The notes beneath the pieces were generated by a model, which was given only the letters and a program-made list of their open reading frames with translations, made no database searches and had not been told where the DNA came from. A program made the position numbers and the translations under genes. From a virus, in IMG/VR virus record IMGVR_UViG_3300042452_000984, positions 1-64,000 of that record: 64,000 bases of DNA. One strand, given 5' to 3'. Positions 38,373 to 47,850 of the stretch are shown one piece after another. Within the stretch, counting starts at the first letter, position 1; each line of letters opens with the position of its first letter.

Positions 38373-41300
38373 ATGGCTGACCAAGAACATAAGTTAGAGT
38401 ACGTCCTAAACCTAGACCCGAGTGGCTTCATTGAAGGGGCAGAACGCGCCATCAATAAGCAACAGGACCTAGAACGCCATTTCAGCACCGGTGCGCCCTC
38501 AGCGGCGGCAGCCTCAGCGGCAGGTGGTGGGGGTTCCTTTGAGCCATTGCCGCGCCCTACCACTGACACCGGTGGGGCATTGCCACCGCCCCCGCAGCCA
38601 ACCACCGACAGGGGCACCCTAGGCGACTTCCAGCAACGAGTGCAAGCGGTACAGGCGATCGCGCCCAATGCGCCGGACGTGGCCAATATGGCCGCCTCCC
38701 GCCTGCAAACCTCGATCCTCCATGCGTCGTTGAAGGACCCGGATAGCGCTAAGGACTATCAAGACCTAATCAACTCCCTGCGGGAACTACGCAATTCATT
38801 GCAGGAGGACGGCAAAAAGAAGGACGGCACTAACGACTTGCTTGGCTGGATGAAAAATCTAGCCATCATGCAAACCGCCGTCAACGTAGGCTCATCGGTA
38901 GCTGGCAATGCCATGCAGGGCAATATCGGCGCCGCCGCTGGTGGTGCGGTGGGGGCAGGCATCGGCGGACTGCTTGGCATGTTGGGCGGCCCTGCCGGGA
39001 TGATGACCGGGCTAGGGGTAGGTGCTTCCATCGGTAGCGGCATCGGCGGCATGGTGGATCGCCTTGTCCGAGGCGCTGATCAATCCCTCGCCTACGAAAC
39101 CCAGATCGCGGACATTAACCAGCGCTTTGGCGTAGGCAACGTTGGCAGGCTGCGTAATTTTGAACTAGGCACCCAGAACGGGTTTAGGGTAGAAGAAACC
39201 GCCGGGCTGATTGACCAGCTACGGGAAAACCGAGCCCTGAGTAACCCGGCCATGGCTGGACCCCTGGTAAATACCATCCAGGAGCTTACCCGGGCGCTAG
39301 GGCTCAACGTAGAGGCTACCGCCAATATGGCTGGCATCTACTCTCGCACTGGCGGCGAGAAGGGTGCTGAAGGCGTTCGTGGCTACCTATCCGACGTGGT
39401 AGGTGGTGCCATCCGCGCCGGGTTCGAGTCCAACATTCAGCAGTACGCTGACATGATGGGTAGCGCCCGCATGCAGGCGGTGCAGCAGACCGGCCAGGGG
39501 ATGAGCGATCGCGCCTTTGGCTTGCTCCAGGACGTAATGGCAGGGCTAACCGGTGGCAATTCCCGCACCTCCGCCCTGTTTAGGGATAATGTCCAGATGG
39601 CTGGGGCGGGCTTGCAAAGCTTCCTGTCCTACGGTGGCACCGCTGACCCCTATAGCACCTCAGCAGCCTACCTGAGGCTAGCAGGCGTCGATGAGGCGGC
39701 CCTAGACTCGCGGTTTAATTCACCTGAGCAGATGATGGCCAATGCGCAGCGGGTGCTGCGGATGACCACCAACCGGGTGCAGGGCATCTCCGGGATGGGT
39801 GCCGATGAATTTAGGGCGGCGGCGGCTAGTGATCCGAATTTCGTCCAGAACTTAATTGCTGGCAATTCAGGGCTACAGCGGCAAACCTCAACCACACTGC
39901 AGGGCATCCTAGGACGACAAGCGACCGCCCAGGACCTCCGCACCTTTGAAGAGCTCGCCAATATCAGCGCTGCCAATGGCGGACGGCTGCCAACCGGCCC
40001 GGGCGGTGATGGCGGACGGGTGGAGCAATTGCTAGCCCAGCTACAGGAAAGCCCAGGCGACCAAGCGCGGAAATTAGAGGCGGAGGCGCATAACCTGACC
40101 ATCAAAGCGATGTCTAACCTCAATGAGGCGTCGCTGAAGATGAAGGAAACCCAGGTGGAGCTATTGAAGCAGCTCAATGGGTTACCCCTTGAAGAGATCG
40201 GCGAAGGACTTACGGCAGCCATAGACGGAATACTTAAATTCATTCGTGAGGCGGGACCACAGATCGCCAACCTAGTTAAAGAAGGCATATCCGCCTTCCA
40301 TAAACTCAGGGATACGATGAATGATTTTAGGAATAGCGCGATCGGTAGGCTGATCTTTGGGGGTGACACCAATTCAAGGGAAATTGGGGAACAGGTTGGC
40401 AGCGCCATCTCTAGCCCAGTAGGGCGATCCGCAGCACTTTCTTTTGCCGCCGGATTGCCCGGACCTATTGGCTCCATAGCAACGGCGGCCAATATCGTTC
40501 GGACTATCGAGGAGAACCCTGAAGCCATAAGTGTTGAAAATGCGCAGCAAGGCGCTGAGTACATTCGGCGCCATGGACCCTTTGGCGAACCCGCTAGGCG
40601 GATAATCCCTAGGGCTTTGAGAAGTGCTACAAACTACATTGGCGGCTTGATTGATGGTGCTTTCAACGACACCCCCGGCAGCGTTACCGCTGGACCTGGC
40701 TACAACGTTTTTGAGTTCGCCCCAGGGGATGTTGTCTCCGCCCGCATGGGTGGCACCAGCGGCGGTGCATCTCTGACTGACATCTTCCAGGTGCTTCGAG
40801 AGTCCAACCTGATGGATATTCAGGCGTACCAAACCGCCAGCGAACAGCGTAAGCTGCTGCAAGACGTAACCAACGACATCCTGAAGACCGACCTATTGAT
40901 TCACGTCAACTCTGAAATCAATACCCAGCGGCAATTGCCCAGCATCATTCAAATGATGCAAGCCTTTTTCCCTCAGCTTATTTCAGCGGTGGACTCCGTA
41001 CGGGAAGCATTGGTGTCAACGCTTAATTCAGTGATGGGTGGAGCAGGCGGTGGTGGTGGTGGGGCCAGTGGCGCTTTTGCTTCCGGGTTGTTCACTGGCC
41101 CTAGTCAATTTATCGGCGGCAGCACATCTAACCATATTGACAGCAAATTCAGAACAACCCTGTCCTGGGAGGAAATTGACGGTTATTTCATGCAAATGGC
41201 GCAAGCCTACACTGAGCAAGGGCGACGGATAGAATTTAGCAATGATGCTGTTTCTGGGCAGGTTTACGATCCAAGCGCTCCACAAGCTGAACGCATTCGG

Positions 41301-42326
41301 TTATTGCAACGCGCCGCCGCCGCTCATAGCCATAGTCAACATGAAGGCTGGTACAGCTTTGACTACTTCATCCCTATGGGTAATGATGCCCGCAGCACTG
41401 CGCCCGGAAGCAGCTCCGCCGGTGCTGAAATTTACCTGCCTACTGTGCCAGACGGGCGGGTAAATTATGGCACTACAGGGAATTATGGGAACTATGCCAA
41501 TATCTACGACGAGAACGGCAACTTAATTATTAAAACCGGACATGGGGATAACCGCCGCGATCGCCCCCAAGGCAGGACGTTCCCCAGTCAGCCAGCGGCA
41601 GCGGGTGGCGGTGGTGTCAACCTCAGCACTGGCTACGAGTCCCTAGAGCAGCTAAGCGGACAGCTAACCAGCCTAGACCCCCGGTTTAATACCAGTACCC
41701 CAGACGGACGGGCCGCACTCGCGATCGCTTTGGCGATCGGCGGGACTGAGGTTTATGGGCGCGGAGCAACAGGCACCGACTTCTTTACTCGACGCGGCGG
41801 AACAGGCAACAACATGCTGGGGTTTGCTCAATTTAACCTTGGCTTTCACCGAGCTAACACCGACACCCCAGGCGAATATACCGACTTTCTGGCGGACATC
41901 CTGACCGGCGATCGCGCCCAACCGAATGGACGCCAAGGGCGAAACTGGAGCGCCGAACTATCCAGGGCAGTACAGAGCGGGCAAATTGGCAGCGGAGCGG
42001 AGCTGCAGCAGTGGCTAAGGCGGAGCGGGCTAGGCGGTAGTAACTGGCAGGGCATTGACGACGGCTGGAGTCGAGTGCCTGGACTACCTGATCGACTGTT
42101 TCAAATGCTTCGGAGTGGCGGCGACAACCGCCAAGCCTCCAACAACCGCACTACCAACATCACCGTCAACATCGCCAGCGCCACCGACCCCGCTCGCACT
42201 CGGCAGGAGGTAACCAACGCCATCCACGCCGCCCGGCCCTACCTGGACGAATTTGAGCAAACCCGCCAAGGTAGCCGCGATCGCAACCCGCGCAATAGCG
42301 GCAACCTATCGCCGGTGTATGGGTAA
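38373..42326 (+). CDS. Tape measure protein with putative C-terminal cell-wall hydrolase-like domains
   Basis: 1317 aa, Gly/Ala-rich and helical; C-terminal HxH, YGNY and GHG motifs resemble M23-type domains. Confidence 0.85.
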   Translation: MADQEHKLEYVLNLDPSGFIEGAERAINKQQDLERHFSTGAPSAAAASAAGGGGSFEPLPRPTTDTGGALPPPPQPTTDRGTLGDFQQRVQAVQAIAPNAPDVANMAASRLQTSILHASLKDPDSAKDYQDLINSLRELRNSLQEDGKKKDGTNDLLGWMKNLAIMQTAVNVGSSVAGNAMQGNIGAAAGGAVGAGIGGLLGMLGGPAGMMTGLGVGASIGSGIGGMVDRLVRGADQSLAYETQIADINQRFGVGNVGRLRNFELGTQNGFRVEETAGLIDQLRENRALSNPAMAGPLVNTIQELTRALGLNVEATANMAGIYSRTGGEKGAEGVRGYLSDVVGGAIRAGFESNIQQYADMMGSARMQAVQQTGQGMSDRAFGLLQDVMAGLTGGNSRTSALFRDNVQMAGAGLQSFLSYGGTADPYSTSAAYLRLAGVDEAALDSRFNSPEQMMANAQRVLRMTTNRVQGISGMGADEFRAAAASDPNFVQNLIAGNSGLQRQTSTTLQGILGRQATAQDLRTFEELANISAANGGRLPTGPGGDGGRVEQLLAQLQESPGDQARKLEAEAHNLTIKAMSNLNEASLKMKETQVELLKQLNGLPLEEIGEGLTAAIDGILKFIREAGPQIANLVKEGISAFHKLRDTMNDFRNSAIGRLIFGGDTNSREIGEQVGSAISSPVGRSAALSFAAGLPGPIGSIATAANIVRTIEENPEAISVENAQQGAEYIRRHGPFGEPARRIIPRALRSATNYIGGLIDGAFNDTPGSVTAGPGYNVFEFAPGDVVSARMGGTSGGASLTDIFQVLRESNLMDIQAYQTASEQRKLLQDVTNDILKTDLLIHVNSEINTQRQLPSIIQMMQAFFPQLISAVDSVREALVSTLNSVMGGAGGGGGGASGAFASGLFTGPSQFIGGSTSNHIDSKFRTTLSWEEIDGYFMQMAQAYTEQGRRIEFSNDAVSGQVYDPSAPQAERIRLLQRAAAAHSHSQHEGWYSFDYFIPMGNDARSTAPGSSSAGAEIYLPTVPDGRVNYGTTGNYGNYANIYDENGNLIIKTGHGDNRRDRPQGRTFPSQPAAAGGGGVNLSTGYESLEQLSGQLTSLDPRFNTSTPDGRAALAIALAIGGTEVYGRGATGTDFFTRRGGTGNNMLGFAQFNLGFHRANTDTPGEYTDFLADILTGDRAQPNGRQGRNWSAELSRAVQSGQIGSGAELQQWLRRSGLGGSNWQGIDDGWSRVPGLPDRLFQMLRSGGDNRQASNNRTTNITVNIASATDPARTRQEVTNAIHAARPYLDEFEQTRQGSRDRNPRNSGNLSPVYG

Positions 42327-42425
42327 AGCAAATTTGCAACCCTATCGCCAATCTGCGCGAACCGATAGTATCCTAGAACTAGGGTGGGCATCGTCTAATC
42401 AATAGCCCTACAGCTTTCCAGAAAA

Positions 42426-43217
42426 ATGCACCAGCTAGCCCTGTTCAATACCATTGACAATAAGCCAATGGCCGACGATCGCATCCGGTTCTACCGTGGC
42501 GACGCGATCGCGGTCCTGAAGCAACGGCTAGCGGCAGGCGATCGCTGGGACTATTGCCTTACCTCCCCTCCCTATTACGGCCAGATAGACTATGGCCACG
42601 AAGGGCAACACGGGCTAGAGGATAGCCTAGACGCCTACCTGGATACGTTGCAGCAGGTTTTTAGGCTGGTATACCAGGGGTTAGCCGAGGGCGGGGTGTG
42701 CTGGATTGTGATAGGCGATACCAGCAACAACTACAGCCCGATACGCGCCAAGGGACAACGGCGACAAGCAGGAGAATGGCTCTACCGCCGTAGCCTGGAG
42801 GACGACTACCGCGAGAAAGAACCCTTACTGGTGCCTATCCGCCTGGCGGAGCGACTACGGGCTGATGGCTGGGTAATGCGGAAGATATTGATCTGGGATA
42901 AGGGTCAAAGTAGCCAGGTGGGCAAGGGTGACGCGCCACCGGAAACCCATGAATATGTCCTGATGCTGGGCAAAAGCGGCAAAAACGGGCGGCCGATGCT
43001 GAACGCCAAGCCACTGCGATCGTCGGTGTTGGTACATCGCCCCTGTGGCCATCCTAGCCACCCCTGCCCATTCCCTGACTCGTTAGTCCACGAACTATTG
43101 TCTAGCGCCACAGTGGCCGGGGCGACGGTGCTAGATCCTTACTTTGGCACCGGCACCACCGGACGGGTAGCGTCCCTGCTTGGCATAAAGTCTATCGGCA
43201 TTGACCTAGGAGCATAA
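42426..43217 (+). CDS. DNA N4-cytosine/N6-adenine methyltransferase (beta class)
   Basis: TSPPYY, HPCPFP and VLDPYFGTGTT. Confidence 0.92.
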   Translation: MHQLALFNTIDNKPMADDRIRFYRGDAIAVLKQRLAAGDRWDYCLTSPPYYGQIDYGHEGQHGLEDSLDAYLDTLQQVFRLVYQGLAEGGVCWIVIGDTSNNYSPIRAKGQRRQAGEWLYRRSLEDDYREKEPLLVPIRLAERLRADGWVMRKILIWDKGQSSQVGKGDAPPETHEYVLMLGKSGKNGRPMLNAKPLRSSVLVHRPCGHPSHPCPFPDSLVHELLSSATVAGATVLDPYFGTGTTGRVASLLGIKSIGIDLGA

Positions 43218-43961
43218 ATGCTAGTCCTTGAAATTACTGAGAACACGGTCCTAAAGCCAGGGCCGGAGCAAGCGATCGCCTACGATAAGGCAGCGACAGT
43301 GAATATCGGCAAAAGGCGATCGTTCCCGCTGTTGGCTTATCAGTTATTGCACGGCCATGTGCATTTCACCATCGACCCAAAACGGTTTGACTTGGTGAGC
43401 CTGCACCCGAGCGGCAGAAATACTTGGTGGGTATATGCGGGACACGCCAGCGATCCATCAGGGTTTGGTTCAGGCAATGATCCCAAGGATGAACCCCCGA
43501 CTCGCCGGGACGGCCATCGAATTATCCTACCAGGGTTTGAGAACGACTGCTCCAGTACTCAGCCGATCTCGTCAAAAGCGCCTAACTTCACCTGGGGTGA
43601 AGCGCTCCATGTTGCCGCCGATGGTAGCTACCGGCACCCTGAAAATGCCTCCGTGGTGTACGGCATCATTCGGGTGGCGGAGGTGATGCAGGACATTCGG
43701 GAGCGGTTTAAGCGGCCCATCAAGATCAACTCTTGGTATCGGGACCCGGCTACTAATGCCCGCGTGGGGGGCGCTCGTTTTTCTACCCACATGAAAGGCC
43801 ATGCGGTGGACTTTAATATCCCTGGGCTGTCCCTGGCGGACATTTATAACGAGTTGGATCATTGGTGGGGTGGCCAAGGTGGGCTTGCCCGGGGTAATGG
43901 GTTTATTCATATCGACTGCCGTGGCAGCCGTGCCCGGTGGGACTACCCTGGGGTTAGGTAG
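43218..43961 (+). CDS. Peptidase M15 family endolysin
   Basis: INSWYR...NARVGGARFSTHMKGHAVDF...FIHIDCRG. Confidence 0.88.
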   Translation: MLVLEITENTVLKPGPEQAIAYDKAATVNIGKRRSFPLLAYQLLHGHVHFTIDPKRFDLVSLHPSGRNTWWVYAGHASDPSGFGSGNDPKDEPPTRRDGHRIILPGFENDCSSTQPISSKAPNFTWGEALHVAADGSYRHPENASVVYGIIRVAEVMQDIRERFKRPIKINSWYRDPATNARVGGARFSTHMKGHAVDFNIPGLSLADIYNELDHWWGGQGGLARGNGFIHIDCRGSRARWDYPGVR

Positions 43962-43963
43962 CT

Positions 43964-44767
43964 ATGAAAATTTATACCCTTGCCGGGGTGCCCTATATCC
44001 CAGTGGTGACCGCTGGGGGCATTGTCCTAAGGAAAGCGGGACGACGGCACCAAGTGTCGCCAGGGCAGTTAGAGTTATTTGACACCCAACACCAGCAGGG
44101 CGAAACCCGCACCAACCAAGCGGGCCACCAGGAGGTGCTGCAAGAGGGGCGGTGGCACCTCGCTAACAGGACTGGACAGCCACAGCAGCAGCCAACAAAG
44201 AATCCTGCCACAATGCGATGGCACGTTACAGCGGCAGGAGATTTAATCCGGGAGAAAGGCTTTCAAGTTGGGCTTGGCGGTGGAGCGGGCGGTCCTCTGT
44301 CCGGCAAAGGCATTTCAGTTTGGAAAGACAAACAAAAGGCAGATCAATTTCACAAGCAAATGCAAGAACTTGAAGACATAAGGTCTTCGGGTGATCCATT
44401 AAAAGCGGCAGAAGCTGCCACCAACCAGCCAATTAGCTTAACTGACGGTATGGCAGGGCTGTGGGCTGGAAAGTTAGGACGCGCACTAGACTCCCGAGAA
44501 CGTGCAATCATTCATGCTCAGTCGCTACTCAGCCCATACATACCGCCTGACTCGTTCTTTGGAGATGGGCCAAGGAGAAAATTTGAAAATCTCGCCGTCC
44601 ATGTTTCCTCTGAGTCGCAAGAAAATAGCGATGGATGGGTTAATGATGACGAAGAATTGCATAGTCCTGAAAAGGTAAAGCTGGCACAACCGCAGCAGCC
44701 AACGCTCACCATAGAAGGACTCCATGCTCTACGCCAACAAGTTGCCCAGGAGTTAGCTAGTGGATAA
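43964..44767 (+). CDS. Head-cargo protein with a possible ADP-ribosyltransferase-like domain
   Basis: Cargo leader MKIYTLAG...GIVLRKAGRR and QLELF; WHVT...IREKGF...GKGISV pattern. Confidence 0.55.
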   Translation: MKIYTLAGVPYIPVVTAGGIVLRKAGRRHQVSPGQLELFDTQHQQGETRTNQAGHQEVLQEGRWHLANRTGQPQQQPTKNPATMRWHVTAAGDLIREKGFQVGLGGGAGGPLSGKGISVWKDKQKADQFHKQMQELEDIRSSGDPLKAAEAATNQPISLTDGMAGLWAGKLGRALDSRERAIIHAQSLLSPYIPPDSFFGDGPRRKFENLAVHVSSESQENSDGWVNDDEELHSPEKVKLAQPQQPTLTIEGLHALRQQVAQELASG

Positions 44768-45017
44768 ATCCCACATCGATCGCGCCTGTCAGTGGTACAT
44801 CGACAACCGCGACCTCATCCGCACCATGCTACCGCTGGAGTTGCGCCACCCCAATGGCCAAAGCCTTAGCCTATACCCGGCCAATTGGGATATTACCTAC
44901 TGGGTAACCCGTTGGCAGGAGAACCGGCTAGCTACCAGCGACGCGGAGCAACTTATCTGTGCCCAGTTGCGACCCTTGTTTGACGTGGTGCGCGATCGCC
45001 GGGTGAGCCATGGTTAG
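44760..45017 (+). CDS. Small hypothetical protein
   Basis: Coupled on both sides. Confidence 0.55.
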   Translation: MDKSHIDRACQWYIDNRDLIRTMLPLELRHPNGQSLSLYPANWDITYWVTRWQENRLATSDAEQLICAQLRPLFDVVRDRRVSHG

Positions 45018-46740
45018 AACCATTGGCATTTACAATCCCGCTGGCATGGGTGTCACCTCTGGCCATGAGTCCACGGTGCGTTTTGACCTGCGGATTATGA
45101 CCCGCACCGGGGAGACCGTGGTGGACTTTGGCGAGTTTAAGGACTTGCTCAGCTACAACGACACCCTGAGCGTCGAAAGCCCTGCCGGTAGCTGGAACCT
45201 AAAGATGCGATCGCGGCTTGACAATGAAACGCTCCTAAAGCGCATCCATCCAGGCATGGTGATCGAAGTCTACGCCTCTCGCAACCAGGACCCGTTGACC
45301 AACGTAGAAGCATTTGTCCCCCAGGACCCGGACACTAACCCGGTGGTATTCCAGACCGCTGATGGCAGTGGCTCTAACTTGAGTGATGCCTACGCGCCTG
45401 CCAATGGCCAACCTAAGCCACCCCCTGAGCCCGACTGGGAAGATTACCTAGACAAGGCACCCTACCTACTGATGCGTGGCATTACTAGCGCCTACGGACG
45501 GTCCTCAGCGGTAATGGGAGGCGGTGGGGCGGAGACTACCCTAACCTTATCGGGTGAGTCCTACGGCGCCATCTACCGCAATGCCCAAGTACTTACCGAC
45601 ACCAACGCGCCTACGTCCCTAGGGCGATCGCTGGAGGTACGGTTCCAGACCGTTGATGTCAATACTGTCGTTCCCATCTATTACGGCATCCTGCGCCACT
45701 GGGTAGAACAATTCTGGTTTGACCCAAGCGACGGGCAAGGTGAAACCGGCTGGGAGGCTAGAACCCGACCAATCCCGATCCCGCCGGACGTATTCGCCAG
45801 GATTGCCAACGAGGGCAGCGCCTGGAGTGCGCTTCAGTACCTAACCGTCAATGGCATCTTTCAAATGTTTGTGGACCATACCGGCGCGATCGTGTGGGAA
45901 AAGCTACCTTACTCCGGCAAGTGTCAGACGGTGCTGGATTCGGAATACCTGAAATGGAGCGATCGCCCGCTACGCAACTGGGAAGACCTACCCTTTGTCC
46001 AGTGTCCATCGTCTAGCATCATCGCCTGGGCGGACAGGCTATCCTGCGATCGCATTGCTAACTATGTTCGTTGTACCCTCCAGGGGCAGATGGGCGCCTC
46101 CGCCGGTGATACCGCCATGGATGCAGGCCAGTGCTACAACATGGGCAGCATCAAGCAGTATGGCGGGCCGCGCAAGATGGAAATCGCTATCCCTGCTAGG
46201 CTTGCCAATAGCGGTAACAAAGATATTGACATAGAGCGAGACGGACGGGCTAGCACGTTTATGGACCTGATCGCCCTCGAAGTCATCCGCTGGTACGATC
46301 GCCCGGTGCAGCGTTGCACCCTATCGGTACGGGGTGAGCCGGGCTGGCGCATTAATACCTGTGTGGAGGTGACAGAGAACTGGCATAACCCCGAGGCGGT
46401 GCCAGGACAGTACTTAATCCTTAGCCGTAGCCATAGCATCGAGCTAGCTACTGGCAGCTGGACAACTCAACTAGAATGTATCCGCGATCGGCGCAATCGT
46501 TACCTGGGCGCCGGGCTAACCGAAGACCGGGACCAGCTAGGCGGCGAGGGGGAGGTAAACCCAGAACGCGCCTCCGGGCCAGTATCGACCGATGAGGAGC
46601 TAGAGGACTTTATCAGCCCCATCGAGCCTGACTTTTACTACTGGTATAACCGCAAGGGCAACAAGATGGAAGCGATCGGCGGGGCGGAAGAGTATAACGC
46701 GCTGATTCAGGAGTATTTGCCGGAAGAATGCAAGAGCTAA
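45010..46740 (+). CDS. Baseplate hub protein (gp27/gpD-like)
   Basis: Position; IKQYG...TLSVRGEPGWRIN...YLILSRSHSI...WTTQLEC. Confidence 0.7.
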   Translation: MVRTIGIYNPAGMGVTSGHESTVRFDLRIMTRTGETVVDFGEFKDLLSYNDTLSVESPAGSWNLKMRSRLDNETLLKRIHPGMVIEVYASRNQDPLTNVEAFVPQDPDTNPVVFQTADGSGSNLSDAYAPANGQPKPPPEPDWEDYLDKAPYLLMRGITSAYGRSSAVMGGGGAETTLTLSGESYGAIYRNAQVLTDTNAPTSLGRSLEVRFQTVDVNTVVPIYYGILRHWVEQFWFDPSDGQGETGWEARTRPIPIPPDVFARIANEGSAWSALQYLTVNGIFQMFVDHTGAIVWEKLPYSGKCQTVLDSEYLKWSDRPLRNWEDLPFVQCPSSSIIAWADRLSCDRIANYVRCTLQGQMGASAGDTAMDAGQCYNMGSIKQYGGPRKMEIAIPARLANSGNKDIDIERDGRASTFMDLIALEVIRWYDRPVQRCTLSVRGEPGWRINTCVEVTENWHNPEAVPGQYLILSRSHSIELATGSWTTQLECIRDRRNRYLGAGLTEDRDQLGGEGEVNPERASGPVSTDEELEDFISPIEPDFYYWYNRKGNKMEAIGGAEEYNALIQEYLPEECKS

Positions 46741-47378
46741 ATCGCTGGTATCGGGTGCTAACCTATGACCCGATCGCTCAGACCTGTGTGCTAGCGCCTG
46801 CTAGTCAGCATCAGTCAGGCATCATCTATGACGTACCCATCCTAGCCTGGGGCGGCAATTGGCAGGACCAAAAGCGCGTCCCATTGCAGCTTACCCAACC
46901 GGTTGACCCGGGCGCCTGGGGCAGTAGCGACCAGGGGCCACGCTGGGGGGTAGCCTTCCCGGTGCAGCAGGGCGACCTAGCCAAGGTGGAGTACCTAGAC
47001 GGCGCCGCCGTAGTGACGGGCTTTGCCAAAGGTATTCTTGGTAGCCAAGGACCGGCGATCGCGGCTGAGGAGCAGGGCGAATCCATCGAGGACCGCTTTG
47101 ACCTATTGCTACCCTCCGGCGCATGGGCGCGATCGCTAGGCGATGGTAGCTGGGTGCTAAGTACTGGCCCGGTGGGTAACCCCGCCGCCCAAATTACCCT
47201 AGCCGCTGATGGGACGATCACCCTAAACGGCAGCGCCTTGGTGATCAATACGCCCACTATCACCGTCAATGGCCAGACCAACTTTACTGAGGCAGGGCAG
47301 GCGATCAACGGCAAGGAGATCGCGGTGGTTGGTGCTGTTGATAGCGCTGGGCACCCGCTGACGGGCTCTAATCAATAA
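46728..47378 (+). CDS. Baseplate spike (gpV/gp45-like)
   Basis: PVQQGDLAKVEY OB-fold-like segment followed by beta-helix ITL/INT/VNG repeats. Confidence 0.7.
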   Translation: MQELNRWYRVLTYDPIAQTCVLAPASQHQSGIIYDVPILAWGGNWQDQKRVPLQLTQPVDPGAWGSSDQGPRWGVAFPVQQGDLAKVEYLDGAAVVTGFAKGILGSQGPAIAAEEQGESIEDRFDLLLPSGAWARSLGDGSWVLSTGPVGNPAAQITLAADGTITLNGSALVINTPTITVNGQTNFTEAGQAINGKEIAVVGAVDSAGHPLTGSNQ

Positions 47379-47451
47379 AAAAGCCCAGCGTTTAGCCGGG
47401 CCACTGTCCTCTTTTCCAATCATGCTGCCCCCACTATAGCCGAGGTATTCC

Positions 47452-47850
47452 ATGCTCAAATCATTCCTGATCGGACTACTCAAGACCGTCATCAATACCG
47501 ATGAATTTCGCGCTGTCATTGCCGATGGCGTCAAAAGCGCGATCGCATCTAGCCGCACCACTGCTAGCTTTGCCGACAAGGCAAACGAGATCGTTGGCGT
47601 GACCTCCGTCCGCTATGACGCGCTAGGGCTCAAGGGTAAATTGCTGAAGGGCTACCTGCTGCAATTGCTAAAAGAGCTTGCCAACGAAAGCCCTGCGATC
47701 GCGACGGGGTTACGCCATGGTGAGCCTTACCTAAAAGCAGTGCTTGACGGCATCAGCCCGGACGAGATCGCCACCGTCAGCATGTCGTTGTATAGCTTTC
47801 TGAAAATCCAGGCGATCAAGGTGGCTAAGGAGCAAGGGTTAGCTGAGTGA
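47452..47850 (+). CDS. Hypothetical protein
   Basis: GAGG RBS; coupled to the next gene. Confidence 0.6.
   Translation: MLKSFLIGLLKTVINTDEFRAVIADGVKSAIASSRTTASFADKANEIVGVTSVRYDALGLKGKLLKGYLLQLLKELANESPAIATGLRHGEPYLKAVLDGISPDEIATVSMSLYSFLKIQAIKVAKEQGLAE

Noticed and set aside
39668-40564. 298-aa antisense ORF and many other opposite-strand ORFs
   Set aside because: These are shadows of long GC-rich coding genes with Ser/Arg-rich, non-protein-like composition
42380-42420. tRNA-like start (gggtgggcatcgtctaat)
   Set aside because: No T-arm GTTCRA and no cloverleaf can be formed
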